Assembly: GCF_004010195.1 (NCBI RefSeq)
Contig: NC_057746.1
Coordinates: forward strand, 1,261,535 to 1,296,137
Source of the DNA: Chiloscyllium plagiosum
Taxonomy: Eukaryota
Reading direction: 5' to 3'
DNA: 34,603 nucleotides
In this document: positions 22,732 to 33,029 of the stretch, one piece after another
How the letters are laid out: each line of letters starts with the position of its first letter
How positions within the stretch are numbered: position 1 is the first letter of the stretch
Position numbers and translations under genes: made by a program
The notes under the pieces: generated by a model
What the model was told of the DNA's origin: nothing
The model's database searches: none
Seen by the model: only the letters and a program-made list of their open reading frames with translations

Positions 22732-24094
22732 TTAGAGCCTATTCGACTTAACTTGGAGTCAGACTGATTTTATCCTAAAGTAGGATTTATAAAATGCCAC
22801 ATTGATTGACTGTCTATAGGTTGTGGGTTTTTTTAAACAAAATAAAATGTATTCGCAAATACAAATCTGCAAATTCACCCCATAGATGTGTGTGTGTGGT
22901 GTATAGTGCAATGGGGTCACCTGCAGTGTGATATGAACCCAAGGTTCCAGTTGAGGCTGTCCTCATGGGTACCAAACTTGGCTATCTGCTCAGCCACTGT
23001 GCGTTCTTGTGTATTCTGAAGTCCTCCTTGGAGGTTGGTTACCCAAAGATCCTGAGGCCAAATGTCTCTGATCGCTGAAGTGTTCTCCGACTGTCTGTTG
23101 ATTGTTGTGTGGTGTCCATTCATCCATTGCCGTAGCCTCTGCTAGGTCTCACCAATGTACCATGCCTCAGGGCATCCTTGCCTGCAGTGTATGAGATAGA
23201 CAATGTTGGCTGAGTCACATGAGTACCTGCCACATACATGGTGGGAGGTGTCCCCACGCATAATGATGGTATCCATGTCAACACCATGACACATCTTGCA
23301 GCGTTCACCATGACAAGGTTGTATGGTATTGTGATCAATGTTGTCCTGAAGGCTGGGCAGTTTGCTGCAACCAATAATCTGTTTAAGGATTGGTAGTTGT
23401 TTAAAAGTGAGAAGTGGAGGCCTAAGGAAGGTCTTGGCAAGGTGCTCATCCTCATTGATAATGTGTTGCAGGCTGCGATGAATATGGCGTAGTTTCTCCA
23501 CTCCCAGGAACTACTGGACAGTAAAGTGTACCCTGTCGATTGCAGCTCATGTCTGTCTCCTGAGGAGGTCATTATGGTTCCTTGCTGTGGCACATCGGAA
23601 CTGGCGGTCGATGAGTTGGGCATCGTACCCTGTTCTTGTGAGGGCATCCCTAAGTACTTCCAGGTGCCTGTCACATTCCTCCTCATCTGAGCAGATCCGG
23701 TGTATGCGTAGGGCTTGTCCATAGGGGATGGCTATTTTAATATGTTTTGGGTGGAAGCTGGAAAAGTGTAGCATTGTGAGGTTGTCTATGGGTTTGCGGT
23801 AGAGTGTGGTCCTGAGGTCTCCATCCTTGCTGGAGATGCATGTGTCCAAGAATGAGACAGATAGTAGAGAATAGTCCATGGTGAGTTTGATGGTGGGATG
23901 AAACTTGTTGATGTCACTGTGTAGTTTTATCAGTGACTCCTCGCCATGGGTCCAGAGGAAGAAAATGTCGTCAGTGTACCTGGTGTATAATGTTGGTTGG
24001 AGGTCCTGTGCAGCAAAGAAATCTTGTTTGAACTCACTCAAACACACCCTCACTCTCACTCAGACACACACTCTCTTACTCGCTCTCCCCCAAC

Positions 24095-24223
24095 NNNNNN
24101 NNNNNNNNNNNNNNNNNNNNNNNNNNNNNNNNNNNNNNNNNNNNNNNNNNNNNNNNNNNNNNNNNNNNNNNNNNNNNNNNNNNNNNNNNNNNNNNNNNNN
24201 NNNNNNNNNNNNNNNNNNNNNNN
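24095..24223. other. Assembly gap (129 N) flanked by CA/CT low-complexity sequence
   Basis: N run. Confidence 1.
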
Positions 24224-24489
24224 TCTCACTCTCTCGTTTTTCCCCTTCCTCCCCCTCTCTCTCTCTCACAAGCACACTTTAGGAGTATTAACTGGACAGA
24301 TGTCAGATTGGTTCATTTAGTCAGACTCTTGCCCCTGAATCAGAAGATTAGAGGGTATGCCTCACTCATGAGGCTTCACAAAATTTAGCTAATCAAGAAC
24401 TGAGAGGTTTCCACTGTCCTGTTGAAGATTCTGCCGACTGTCCCAGCTACAGATGCCTTGTGTTTTTGTGTAGAGATGATAAATATTTT

Positions 24490-24585
24490 AAATGCTGGAA
24501 ATCTAAAATGCAAACAGAAAATGCTGAAAATTCTCAGCAGGTCAGGTAGCATAAGAAACAAAGTTACATTTCAAGTCAATGTTTC
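24490..24585 (-). mobile_element. Decayed PLE-terminus-derived short repeat
   Basis: atgctggaaatct...gaaaatgctg...ctcagcaggtcaggtagcat is similar to 25660-25720. Confidence 0.55.
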
Positions 24586-24759
24586 AATCAGAGGATATGG
24601 GCCGGTTAGATACAGTAGTAAAAAGCCAAAAGGATTTGCTATTTGATATGATCCACCAGTCTTTGGGAGATATGACTACGTACCTCGTATCACACCAAGT
24701 ACTTTGAAATTCAGAGCATTTTGTGATAGGCAGCAACTCATTTTGGCTCAATAGCAAGA

Positions 24760-25295
24760 TGGGACTGTAGCCTGTACTTACAAAATTCACAGCACCATGT
24801 CCAAAATTAAATGAAATTCTGTAATTGGGTGGCATTTTCTGGATAATCCTGAGTGAGTGAAGAATTATGCTGACAACTAATTAAGGATTGTCAGTCAAGC
24901 TCAATGTGGAGCATGCACCAGAAGCTCAAATAACTGTACACTGAACCTTGTTCTTTGCAAACAGACCTGTTTTGAACTCAGTAAAATAGGAGACAGCCAT
25001 TCACTGATTCATTTCTCAGCAATATCTTGACCAAACAGTTCACAAGCGTGGTTTAAAATCTAAACAAAACCTGACTGTACTTTGACTATCAATCATCATT
25101 CAGTGATGTTTTCTCCATGGGAATGTTCTTAACAATCAGGGTCTACTTGCTAGCCAGTCAGTATTCTCCTCCTACAGTATAAATATTTCCCTGTCTCCCC
25201 TGCCCATTTCCAACCTTTCTGGTATTTCTTGTGAATTGTCCTGATGAGTGCAAAATGAAAAGCTTTGAGAAAGTGCGTCTTTTCTTACTCAACGT
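24760..25295 (+). mobile_element. Old PLE 3' remnant ending in a hammerhead-like motif
   Basis: Hammerhead core at 25241-25260. Upstream sequence resembles a decayed GIY-YIG C-terminus. Boundaries approximate. Confidence 0.45.
25236..25271 (+). ncRNA. Minimal hammerhead-like motif
   Basis: UUGUC CUGAUGA GU-GCAAA-AU GAAA AGCUUU GAGAA: palindromic AAGCUU stem III, stem I 4/5 paired, weak stem II. Confidence 0.5.
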
Positions 25296-25410
25296 TAAAT
25301 TTCTCCCTTACCTGGTGATCTCCTATCCATCAGGGAACTGATCATTTTCCACATGCTACAGAATATCAATTGTTTAGGGTGTAGGTTTGCTCGCTGAGCT
25401 GTAGGTTTGA

Positions 25411-25457
25411 TATCCAGACATTTCACTACCTGGCTAGGTGACATCATCAGTGGTGAC
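25411..25457 (-). ncRNA. Hammerhead ribozyme motif (left inverted pseudo-LTR)
   Basis: Minus strand reads CCA CUGAUGA U GUCACCU-AGCC-AGGUAGU GAAA UGUC UGG. The GUC triplet is retained. Confidence 0.65.
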
Positions 25458-25641
25458 CTCCAAGTGAAGCGAAGCTGTTGTCTCCTAATTTCTATTTGTA
25501 TCTTTTTCCTGGATGGAGTTCCTGAGGTTTGTGATGATGTCATTTCCTGTTCGTTTTCTGAGGGGTTGATAAATGGCATCTAGATCTATGTGTTTGTTTA
25601 TGGCATTGTGGTTGGAGTGCCAGGCCTCTAGGAATTCACTG

Positions 25642-25765
25642 AGGAGAAAGTGAGGTCTGCAGATGCTGGAGATCAGAGCTGAAAATGTGTTGCTGGAAAA
25701 GTGCAGCAGGTCAGGCAGCATCCAGGGAACAGGAGAATCGACGTTTCGGGCACAAGCCCTTCTTC
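25642..25765 (-). mobile_element. ~125-nt non-autonomous PLE-derived element with hammerhead core and 12-bp TSD
   Basis: aggaattcactg is repeated at 25630-25641 and 25766-25777. The element is absent from the other arm (~26600). Minus strand starts (C)CUGAAGA A GGGC-UUGU-GCCC GAAA CGUC GAUUC. Confidence 0.88.
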
Positions 25766-26764
25766 AGGAATTCACTGGCATGTCTTTGCTTAGCCTGTCC
25801 CAGGATAGATGTGTTGTCCCAGTCGAAAGGATGGATTTTTTTCATTCGTGTGTAGGGCTACGAAGGAGAGAGGGTCGTGTCTTCACAGGCATAAAGTTCA
25901 CCAAGGAGGAAGAAACCGACAACAAACTCACATTCCTGGACGTCACAGTCGAAAGAAAGGACAACGGAGAACTACAAACCTGCGTATACAGAAAACCGAC
26001 AAACACTGACCAAATACTTAACTACACCAGCAACCACCCCAACACACACAAACAAAGCTGTATCAGAACATTATTCCAACGAGCCACCACACGCTGCAGC
26101 ACAGACGAACTTCGGAAAACAGAGGAGAACCACCTATACAACGTATTCAAGAAGAACGGATCCTCAAAAACTACAGTGTGCAGATTCCTCAAAAACAAAC
26201 TACGACAAGCAGACCAAACACAGCCAGAAACCCTAACCATCTTACCATACATCAAACAAGTCTCAGAAATGACAGCCAGACTACTAAGACCCCTCAGAAT
26301 CCTAATAGCACACAAACCCACCAACATTCTCAAACAAAAACTAACAAACTTAAAAGACCCAGTACAACCCATGGACAAAACCAACGTCATCTACAAAATT
26401 CCATGCAAGGACTGCCACAAACACTACGTAGGACAAACAGGAAGAAAGTTAGCCACCACGATACACGAACACCAGCGAGCCACAAAAAGACACGACCCTC
26501 TCTCGCTCGTAGCCCTACAAACGGATGAAAAAAACCCACCATTTTGACTGGGACAACACATCTATCCTGGGACAGGCTAAGCAAAGACATGCCAGAGAAT
26601 TCCTAGAGGCCTGGCACTCCAACCTCAACACCATAAACAAACACATAGATCTAGATACCTCAGAAAACAAACAGGAAATGACATCACCACAAAACCCCAG
26701 GAACCCCATCCAGGAGAAAGATATAAATAGAAAGCAGGAGACAACAGCTTTGCTTCACTTGGAG

Positions 26765-26813
26765 GTCGCCACTGATGATGTTACCTAGCCAGGTAATGAA
26801 ATGCCTGGATATC
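26765..26813 (+). ncRNA. Hammerhead ribozyme motif (right pseudo-LTR), cleavage triplet mutated
   Basis: CCA CUGAUGA U GUUACCU-AGCC-AGGUAAU GAAA UGCC UGG. 7-bp stem II; GCC replaces GUC. Confidence 0.62.
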
Positions 26814-26965
26814 AAACCTACAGCTCAGTGAGCAAACCTACACCCCAAATCTCAACCTGAGCTACAAACCTTCACAAACCTTGCAATATCAATTGTATTT
26901 TGTTTATCTTGCTATATCATATTGGTTAATTGTACCTGTTGCTGTGTCCTGTCTCTCCCACACAG

Positions 26966-27247
26966 TTGCCCCTCAGATTGCCATGTATCCTGAAGAGCCT
27001 GTCGAATGGGGACAGCCCAACACATTGATCTGTTTGGCTGATGGATTCTACCCTCCACACATCACCATGACATGGAAGATGAACAGTGAGCCAGTGACTG
27101 ACAGAGTTAACATTACGGAGTTCTATATAAAACAGGATTATTCCTATCAGAGATACACATACCTGAGCTTCATCCCGAATCCTGGAGACATGTATTCCTG
27201 TCATGTGGAACATAAGGGTCTGCAAGAATCAGCCACTGTATTCTGGG
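26966..27247 (+). CDS. MHC class II alpha chain, alpha-2 (Ig C1-set) domain exon (exon 3)
   Basis: Pyrimidine-rich acceptor tgtctctcccacacAG (26964-65) and donor GTcagt (27248). 282 nt, phase 1-1, open frame: (V)APQIAMYPEEPVEWGQPNTLICLADGFYPPHITMTW...NITEFY...YLSFIPNPGDMYSCHVEHKGL...VFW. Has the class II alpha hallmarks G.PNTLIC, FYPP and YSC.VEH..L, and resembles nurse-shark class II alpha as I recall it. Confidence 0.95.
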
Positions 27248-27319
27248 GTCAGTATCAATTTGGTTATTTGGAAGCTGAGATTAGAACTGATTTATAACAA
27301 AATGCTGTATAATATCCAA

Positions 27320-27470
27320 AGTACCCTGATTATTCTTCCTTCTTTAACTGGCTGACATATTCCTTACATTACAGCAATGACTACACTTCAGAATTACTTG
27401 CTTGGCTGTAAAGCACTTTGGAAAATACTGAGGTTATGAAAGGCACGATGTAACTGCAAGAGTAATCTTA
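27320..27470 (+). mobile_element. Ancient DeuSINE-type (SacSINE1-like) 3' part
   Basis: tacattacagcaatgactacacttcagaattacttgcttggctgtaaagcactttgg...tgaaaggcacgatgtaactgcaag. Confidence 0.6.
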
Positions 27471-27604
27471 CTTTAAAAAGGTTGATCTATGTAGAGTGGG
27501 AAAATGCTGTTCAATGTGTACGGTGCTCATGAATCCCTCTGTAGCCAATGTTCAGCTAATCTATTTTATTTACCTCTGATGTCTCTGTATTGTTCCTACC
27601 CACA

Positions 27605-28330
27605 AGATTATAAAATCGTAAGAAATAGGAGCAAGTGAAGGCCATTTAACATGTCAAGCTTGCTCAGCTACTCAATAAAATCCATTTTCATCTAACTGTG
27701 GCTTCAGTTCCGCTCCTTGCCTACCCTGAAACGTTTTGACTCCTTTCTTAGCCAAGAATCTATGCTTTGAAAATATTAATTGATCCTTTGAAAGAGATTC
27801 AAAAATTAACAGTTACATCAAAGATGCCCACCCCCATGCAGCTCTCCCCCTCAAGTCCATAGCAAAACCACATGCCCCTGCAATTTTTAATTCTAATATC
27901 TGAAGCGTGGAAATACAGTAACATTGAGGGAGTAAAATTTGGGAAGAAGTAAAACCTTAATGGATTCTAGATTCTTTCTAATGACAAATGTTAGACTAAC
28001 TATCCTATAGTTTCCTGTTTTACTATCTCCCTCCTTTCTTGCATACAAATGTGTCCTTCTAAACTGCTTAAACCTTCATAAAATGTAAGAACTCTGAGAG
28101 GATTACAACCATTATCTCAACACCCACTTAATTTAAGACTGACCATCAGGTACAGGAGACTTGTCAGCCTTTAGTTCCATTTGTTTTCTGAGTAGTTTCT
28201 CTTAGTGTTGTGATTGTTTGAATTCTGTTTCTCTGTTTTCCCACTGCATTTGTATGATTCTTGGGAAAACTTTTTGTGTTTTCTGCTTTGAAGACAGGCA
28301 GAGAAATAATTGGTTTAGTTCTCTTCCATT
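27605..28330 (-). mobile_element. Decayed CR1 fragments (3' tail and ORF2 pieces)
   Basis: taagaaataggagca...ggccatt tail; gactaactatcctatagtttcctg (reverse of NYR.VSL); gaccatcaggtacaggagacttgtc (reverse of DKSP.PDG). Confidence 0.55.
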
Positions 28331-28707
28331 TCCTTGTTTCTTGATATAAAACCTCATCCTCGATGAAACCATACTGAAGTTGAAGAGAGAGGTGAGTCTG
28401 TCTTCACACAGGTGATATCGATAGTTTGATTGAATGGGCGGAAAAGTGCCCATATGACAATAGACAATAGGTGCAGGAGTAGGCCATTCTACCCTTCGAG
28501 CCTGCACCACCATTTAATATGATCATGGTTGATTATCCTTAATCAGTATCCTGTTCCTGCCTTATCTCCATAACCCTTGATTCCACTATCCTTGAGAGCT
28601 CTATCCAACTCCTTCTTAAATGAATCCAGAGATTGGGCCTCCACTGCCCTCTGGGGCAGAGCATTCCACACAGCCACCACTCTCTGGGTGAAGAAGTTTC
28701 TCCTCAT

Positions 28708-29025
28708 TAGATTAGATTACTTACAGTGTGGAAACAGGCCCTTGGGCCCAACAAGTCCACACCAATCCACCGAAGCGAACCCCGCCCAGACCCATTCTCC
28801 TACATTTACCCCTGCACCTAACACTATGGGCAATTTTAGCGTGGCCAATTCACCTAACCTGCACATTTTTGGACTGTGGGAGGAAACCGGAGCACCCGGA
28901 GGACACGCAGACACACGCAGACACGGGGAGAACGTGCAAACTCCACATAGTCAGTCGCCTGAGGCGGGAATTGAACCCGGGTCTCTGGCGCTGTGAGGCA
29001 GCAGTGCTAACCACTGTGCCACCCA
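28708..29025 (-). mobile_element. HE1-type SINE inserted into the CR1 3' end
   Basis: Near-identical to 21963-22277. TSD ctcat at 28703-28707 and 29026-29030. Confidence 0.9.
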
Positions 29026-30792
29026 CTCATCTTTGTACTAAATGGCCTACCCCTTATTTTTAAGCTGTGTCCTCTGGTTCAGGACCCTCCCATCAGCAGA
29101 AACATGTTTCCTGCCTCCAGAGTGTCCAATCCTTTAATTATCTTATACGTCTCAATCAGATCCCCTCTCAGTCTCCTAAACTCAAGGGTATACAAGCCCA
29201 GTCGCTCCAATCTTTCACCGTAAGATAGTCCTGCCATTCCAGGAATTGACCTCGTGAACCTACGCTGCACTCCCTCAATAGCCAGAACGTCTTTCCTCAA
29301 ATTTGGAGACCAGAATTGCACACAATATTCCAGGTGCGGTCTCACCAGGGCCCTGTACAGCTGCAGAAGAACCTCTTTGCTTCTATACTCAATCCCTCTT
29401 GTTATGAAGGCCAGCATGCTATTAGCTTACTTCAGTACATGCTGTATCTGCATGCTTGCCTTCATTGACTGGTGTACAAGAGCACCCAGATCTCTTTGTA
29501 CTGCCCCTTTACCTAACTTGACTCCATTTAGGTAGTAATCTGCCTTCCTGTTCTTGCCACCAAAGTGGATAACCATACATTTGTCCACATTAAACTGCAT
29601 CTGCCATGCATCTGTCCACTCACCTAACCTGTCCAGGTCACCCTGTAATCTCCTAACATCCTCCTCATATTTCACCCTGCCACCCAGCTTTGTATCATCA
29701 GTAAATTTGCTAATGTTACTATTAATACCATCTTCTATATCATTAACATATATTGTAAAAAGCTGCGGTCCCAGCACTGATCCCTGCGGTACCCCACTGG
29801 TCACCGCCTGCTATTCCAAAAGGGAGCCGTTTATCACTACTCTTTGTTTCCTGTCAGCTAACCAACATTCAATCCTCGTCCGTACTTTGCCCCCAATACC
29901 ATGCACCCTAATTTTGCTCACTAACCTCCTATGTGAGACTTTATCAAAGGCTTTCTGAAAGTCCAGGTACAATACATCCACTGGATCTCCCTTGTCCATC
30001 TTCAGAGTTACATCCTCAAAAAATTCCAGAAGATTACTCAAGCATGATTTCCCCTTCATAAATCCATGCTGACTCTGACCAGTCCTGTTACTGCTATCCA
30101 GATGTGTCGTAATTTCATCCTTTACAATTGACTCCAGCATCTTTCCCACCACTGAGGTCAGACTAACTGGTCTATAATTCTCTGTTTTCTCTCTCCCTCC
30201 TTCCTTAAAAAGTGGGACAACATTAGCCACCGTCCAAGCCGCAGGAACTGATCCTGATTCTATCGAACTCTGGAAAATAATCACCAACGCATCCACAATT
30301 TCTCGAGCCACCTCCTTCAGTACTCTGGGATGTAGACCATCAGGCCCTGGGGACTTATCAGCTTTCAGACCTAACAGTCTCTCCAACACCAATTCCTGGC
30401 AAATATAAATTCCCTTCAGTTCAGGTCCTTCAGCCACTGTTACCTCAGGGAGATTGCTTGTGTGTTCCCTAGTGAAGACAGACCTGAAGTACCAATTCAA
30501 CTCTTCTGCCATTTCTTTGTACCCCGTAATAAATTTACCCGTTTCTGTCTTCAAGGGCCCAATTTTAGTCTTAACCATTTTTTTCCCTTTCACATACCTA
30601 AAAAAGCTTTTACTATCCTCCTTTATATTTTTGGCCAGTTTACCTTCGTACCTCATTTTTTCTCTGCGTATTTCCTTCTTAGTAATCCTCTGCTGTTCTT
30701 TAAAAGCTTCCCAGTCCTCCATTTTCCCACTTATCTTTGCTATGTTATACTTTTTCTCTTTTAACTTTATATGTTTCTTAACTTCCCTCATC

Positions 30793-31036
30793 NNNNNNNN
30801 NNNNNNNNNNNNNNNNNNNNNNNNNNNNNNNNNNNNNNNNNNNNNNNNNNNNNNNNNNNNNNNNNNNNNNNNNNNNNNNNNNNNNNNNNNNNNNNNNNNN
30901 NNNNNNNNNNNNNNNNNNNNNNNNNNNNNNNNNNNNNNNNNNNNNNNNNNNNNNNNNNNNNNNNNNNNNNNNNNNNNNNNNNNNNNNNNNNNNNNNNNNN
31001 NNNNNNNNNNNNNNNNNNNNNNNNNNNNNNNNNNNN
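30793..31036. other. Assembly gap (244 N) with overlapping flanks
   Basis: 30587-30792 is repeated at 31037-31243. Confidence 0.95.
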
Positions 31037-33029
31037 CCTTTCACATACCTAAAAAAGCTTTTACTATCCTCCTTTATATTTTTGGCCAGTTTACCTTCGT
31101 ACCTCATTTTTTCTCTGCGTATTTCCTTCTTAGTAATCCTCTGCTGTTCTTTAAAAGCTTCCCAGTCCTCCATTTTCCCACTTATCTTTGCTATGTTATA
31201 CTTTTTCTCTTTTGACTTTATCTGTTTCTTAACTTCCCTCGTCAGCCACGGCCACCCCTCCCTCCTCATAGGATCTTTATTCCTTTTTGGAATGAACTGA
31301 TCCTGCATGTTCTGCATTATACCCAGAAATACCTGCCATTGTTGTTCCACGGTCATCCCTGCTAGGGTATTGCACCATTGAACTTTGGCCAGCTCCTCCC
31401 TCATAGCTCCATAGGTCCCCTTATTCAACTGAAATATTGTCACTTCCGATTCTACCCTCTCCCTTTCAAATTGCAGATTAAAGCTTATTGTATTGTGGTC
31501 ACTACCTCCTAATAGCTCCTTTACTTCGAGGTCCCTGATCAATTCTGGTTTGTTACACAATACCAGATCTAGAATTGCCTTCTCCCTGGTCGGCTCCATC
31601 ACAAGCTTTTCTAAGAATCCATCTCGGAGGCACTCCACAATCTCCCTTTCTTGGGGTCCAGTACCATTCTGATCCTCCCAGTCTATCTGCATGTTGAAAT
31701 CCCCCATAACAACTGTAGTAACATCTTTGTACAGGCCAATTTCAGCTCCTGATTCAACTTACATCCGACATCCAGACTACTGTTTGAGGGCCTGTAGATA
31801 ACTCCCAAGAGGGTTTTTTTACCCTTAGAAGTTCTCAGCTCTATCCATACTGACTCTACATCCCCTGATTCTAGGTCACCCCGCACAAGGGACTGAATAT
31901 CATCCCTTACCAACAAGGCCACAAGGCTTACCAACAAGAGCCTTCTTCCAAGTTCTCTGAAGTCCCGCTGTAGAATGTCCCTCCTCTTCTTCCCGACGTC
32001 ATTTGTGCCGACATGCACCACCACTTCTGACACTTCACCTTCGCCCTTGAGGATTTCCTGCACTCTGTCTGTGATGTCCTTAATCCTGGCACCAGGAAGG
32101 CAATACACCATCCTCAAATCCCGCCTGTTGCCGCAGAAACCCCTTTCAGTCCCTCTCACTATGGAGTCCCCTATTACCACAGCTCTGTGTGATGTCTGAC
32201 TCCTCATCGTCTTCTCTATTCTGCTCCCTTCTGGTATGGTCGGTGTAATAACCTCGCTGAAGATCCTGTCCAGAAAGATCTTATTCTCTCGGATGAGCCG
32301 AAGGTCCTCGAGTTCTTTCTTCAGTGCTGCGATACGTTCTGTCAGTAGCTGAATGTGCGCTCACTTTCCACAGATATACGAGCCAGATACACCAGAGTCG
32401 TTGACCTCCCATATCATGCACGTAGCACACTGAACGAGCTGGGCAGTCATGTCTTCACCCTCTTCAACTGTGGCGTAATCACTTCACTCAACCTCCTTGC
32501 CGAAGACTCCTGAGCTAAAGACTCTCTCTTCTCTCAACAGGAACTTCCCTGGACTCTTTTTGGGGCAAGTCTGTGGACTTTAAAGTTAGGTTAGAGGAAG
32601 AGGAAGAGGGTGGGAGGGAGGGCCTACTCTGTAGGACCTGGAGTCTAGAACACACCCACTCAAATAACATATGGAATTCAGTTCAGAGAAGTGCAAGGTT
32701 ATGTATTTTGGAAGGGTAAATTAATCAAGGGAATTGAGTGTGGTAGAAGAAGGAAGACCTTGGAGGTCATGTCCACAGATCCCTGAAGGTACAGCTCAGA
32801 TGGTAAAGAAAGCAAATGGGATATTATCCTTCACTAGGTGAGATACTGAATACTGCAATGTAATGCTGGAATTATACCAGACACTGGTTAGACCACAGCT
32901 GGAGTTGTATGTACAGTTTTGGTCACCACATTACAGGAAAGACATAATTGTTCTAAGGACAGCACAGAAGAGACTCACAAATTTTACAATAGAGACTTAA
33001 AAATTGAAGCTATGAGAAATGAGTGTATT

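Larger units (their letters stand above)
21840..24030 (-). mobile_element. Penelope-like element (RT C-terminal part, GIY-YIG, 3' pseudo-LTR), interrupted by two SINEs
   Basis: ORFs 23547-24059 (YTRYTDDIFFLW, FLD, LYRKP, HP.H.K.AIPYGQALR..RICS) and 23142-23501 (NIVYLIHC...WYIGET). Hammerhead at the 3' end. Confidence 0.92.
25374..26884 (+). mobile_element. Penelope-like element with inverted 5' copy of its 3' end and 12-bp TSD
   Basis: 25886-26620 encodes RT thumb and GIY-YIG (FLDV, VYRKPT, NVIYKIPCKDCHKHYVGQTGR). 25374-25885 is the reverse complement of ~26485-26850. aatatcaattgt is repeated at 25362-25373 and 26885-26896. Confidence 0.93.
28457..32667 (-). mobile_element. Near full-length CR1 LINE (ORF1 Zn-finger plus SGNH esterase; ORF2 APE plus RT) with 6-bp TSD
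   Basis: ORF1 from ATG 32450 (CATC...CGK*) and VVIGDSIVRG/VVHVGTND. ORF2 has MGDFN, ILDLVL, GSDH, YLDFQKAFDKV, GVPQGSVLGP and FTDD. (ctattgt)n tail. catatg is repeated at 28451-28456 and 32668-32673. Frameshifts and an ORF1/ORF2 junction deletion make it defective. Confidence 0.95.
28370..33020 (+). mobile_element. Older CR1 RT fragment split by the full-length CR1 (pieces 28370-28456 and 32668-33020)
   Basis: DIDSLIEWAEK... before the insertion continues as MEFSSEKCKVMYFGR after it. Confidence 0.75.

Noticed and set aside
24300-24315. cagattggtt as an MHC class II Y-box promoter
   Set aside because: There is no X-box at the expected spacing and no leader exon downstream. It lies next to a decayed SINE head.
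25663-26547. 294-aa ORF as a novel fusion gene
   Set aside because: It is chance read-through from an antisense mini-element and an inverted PLE arm into a truncated PLE RT/GIY-YIG frame.
26966-27247. W-category, class I alpha-3 or class II beta identity for the Ig exon
   Set aside because: G.PNTLIC, the 282-nt length and overall resemblance to shark class II alpha fit the alpha-2 domain best. A phylogeny is needed for formal exclusion.
26881-27297. 138-aa ORF as a single-exon secreted beta-2-microglobulin-like protein with a hydrophobic leader
   Set aside because: It starts at a non-ATG codon. The hydrophobic N-terminus is translated intronic pyrimidine-rich sequence. Canonical AG/GT sites delimit a standard 282-nt exon with class II alpha motifs.
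30587-31243. ~206-bp direct repeat within the CR1
   Set aside because: It flanks an N-gap exactly and is most likely unmerged contig overlap (allelic or paralogous reads).
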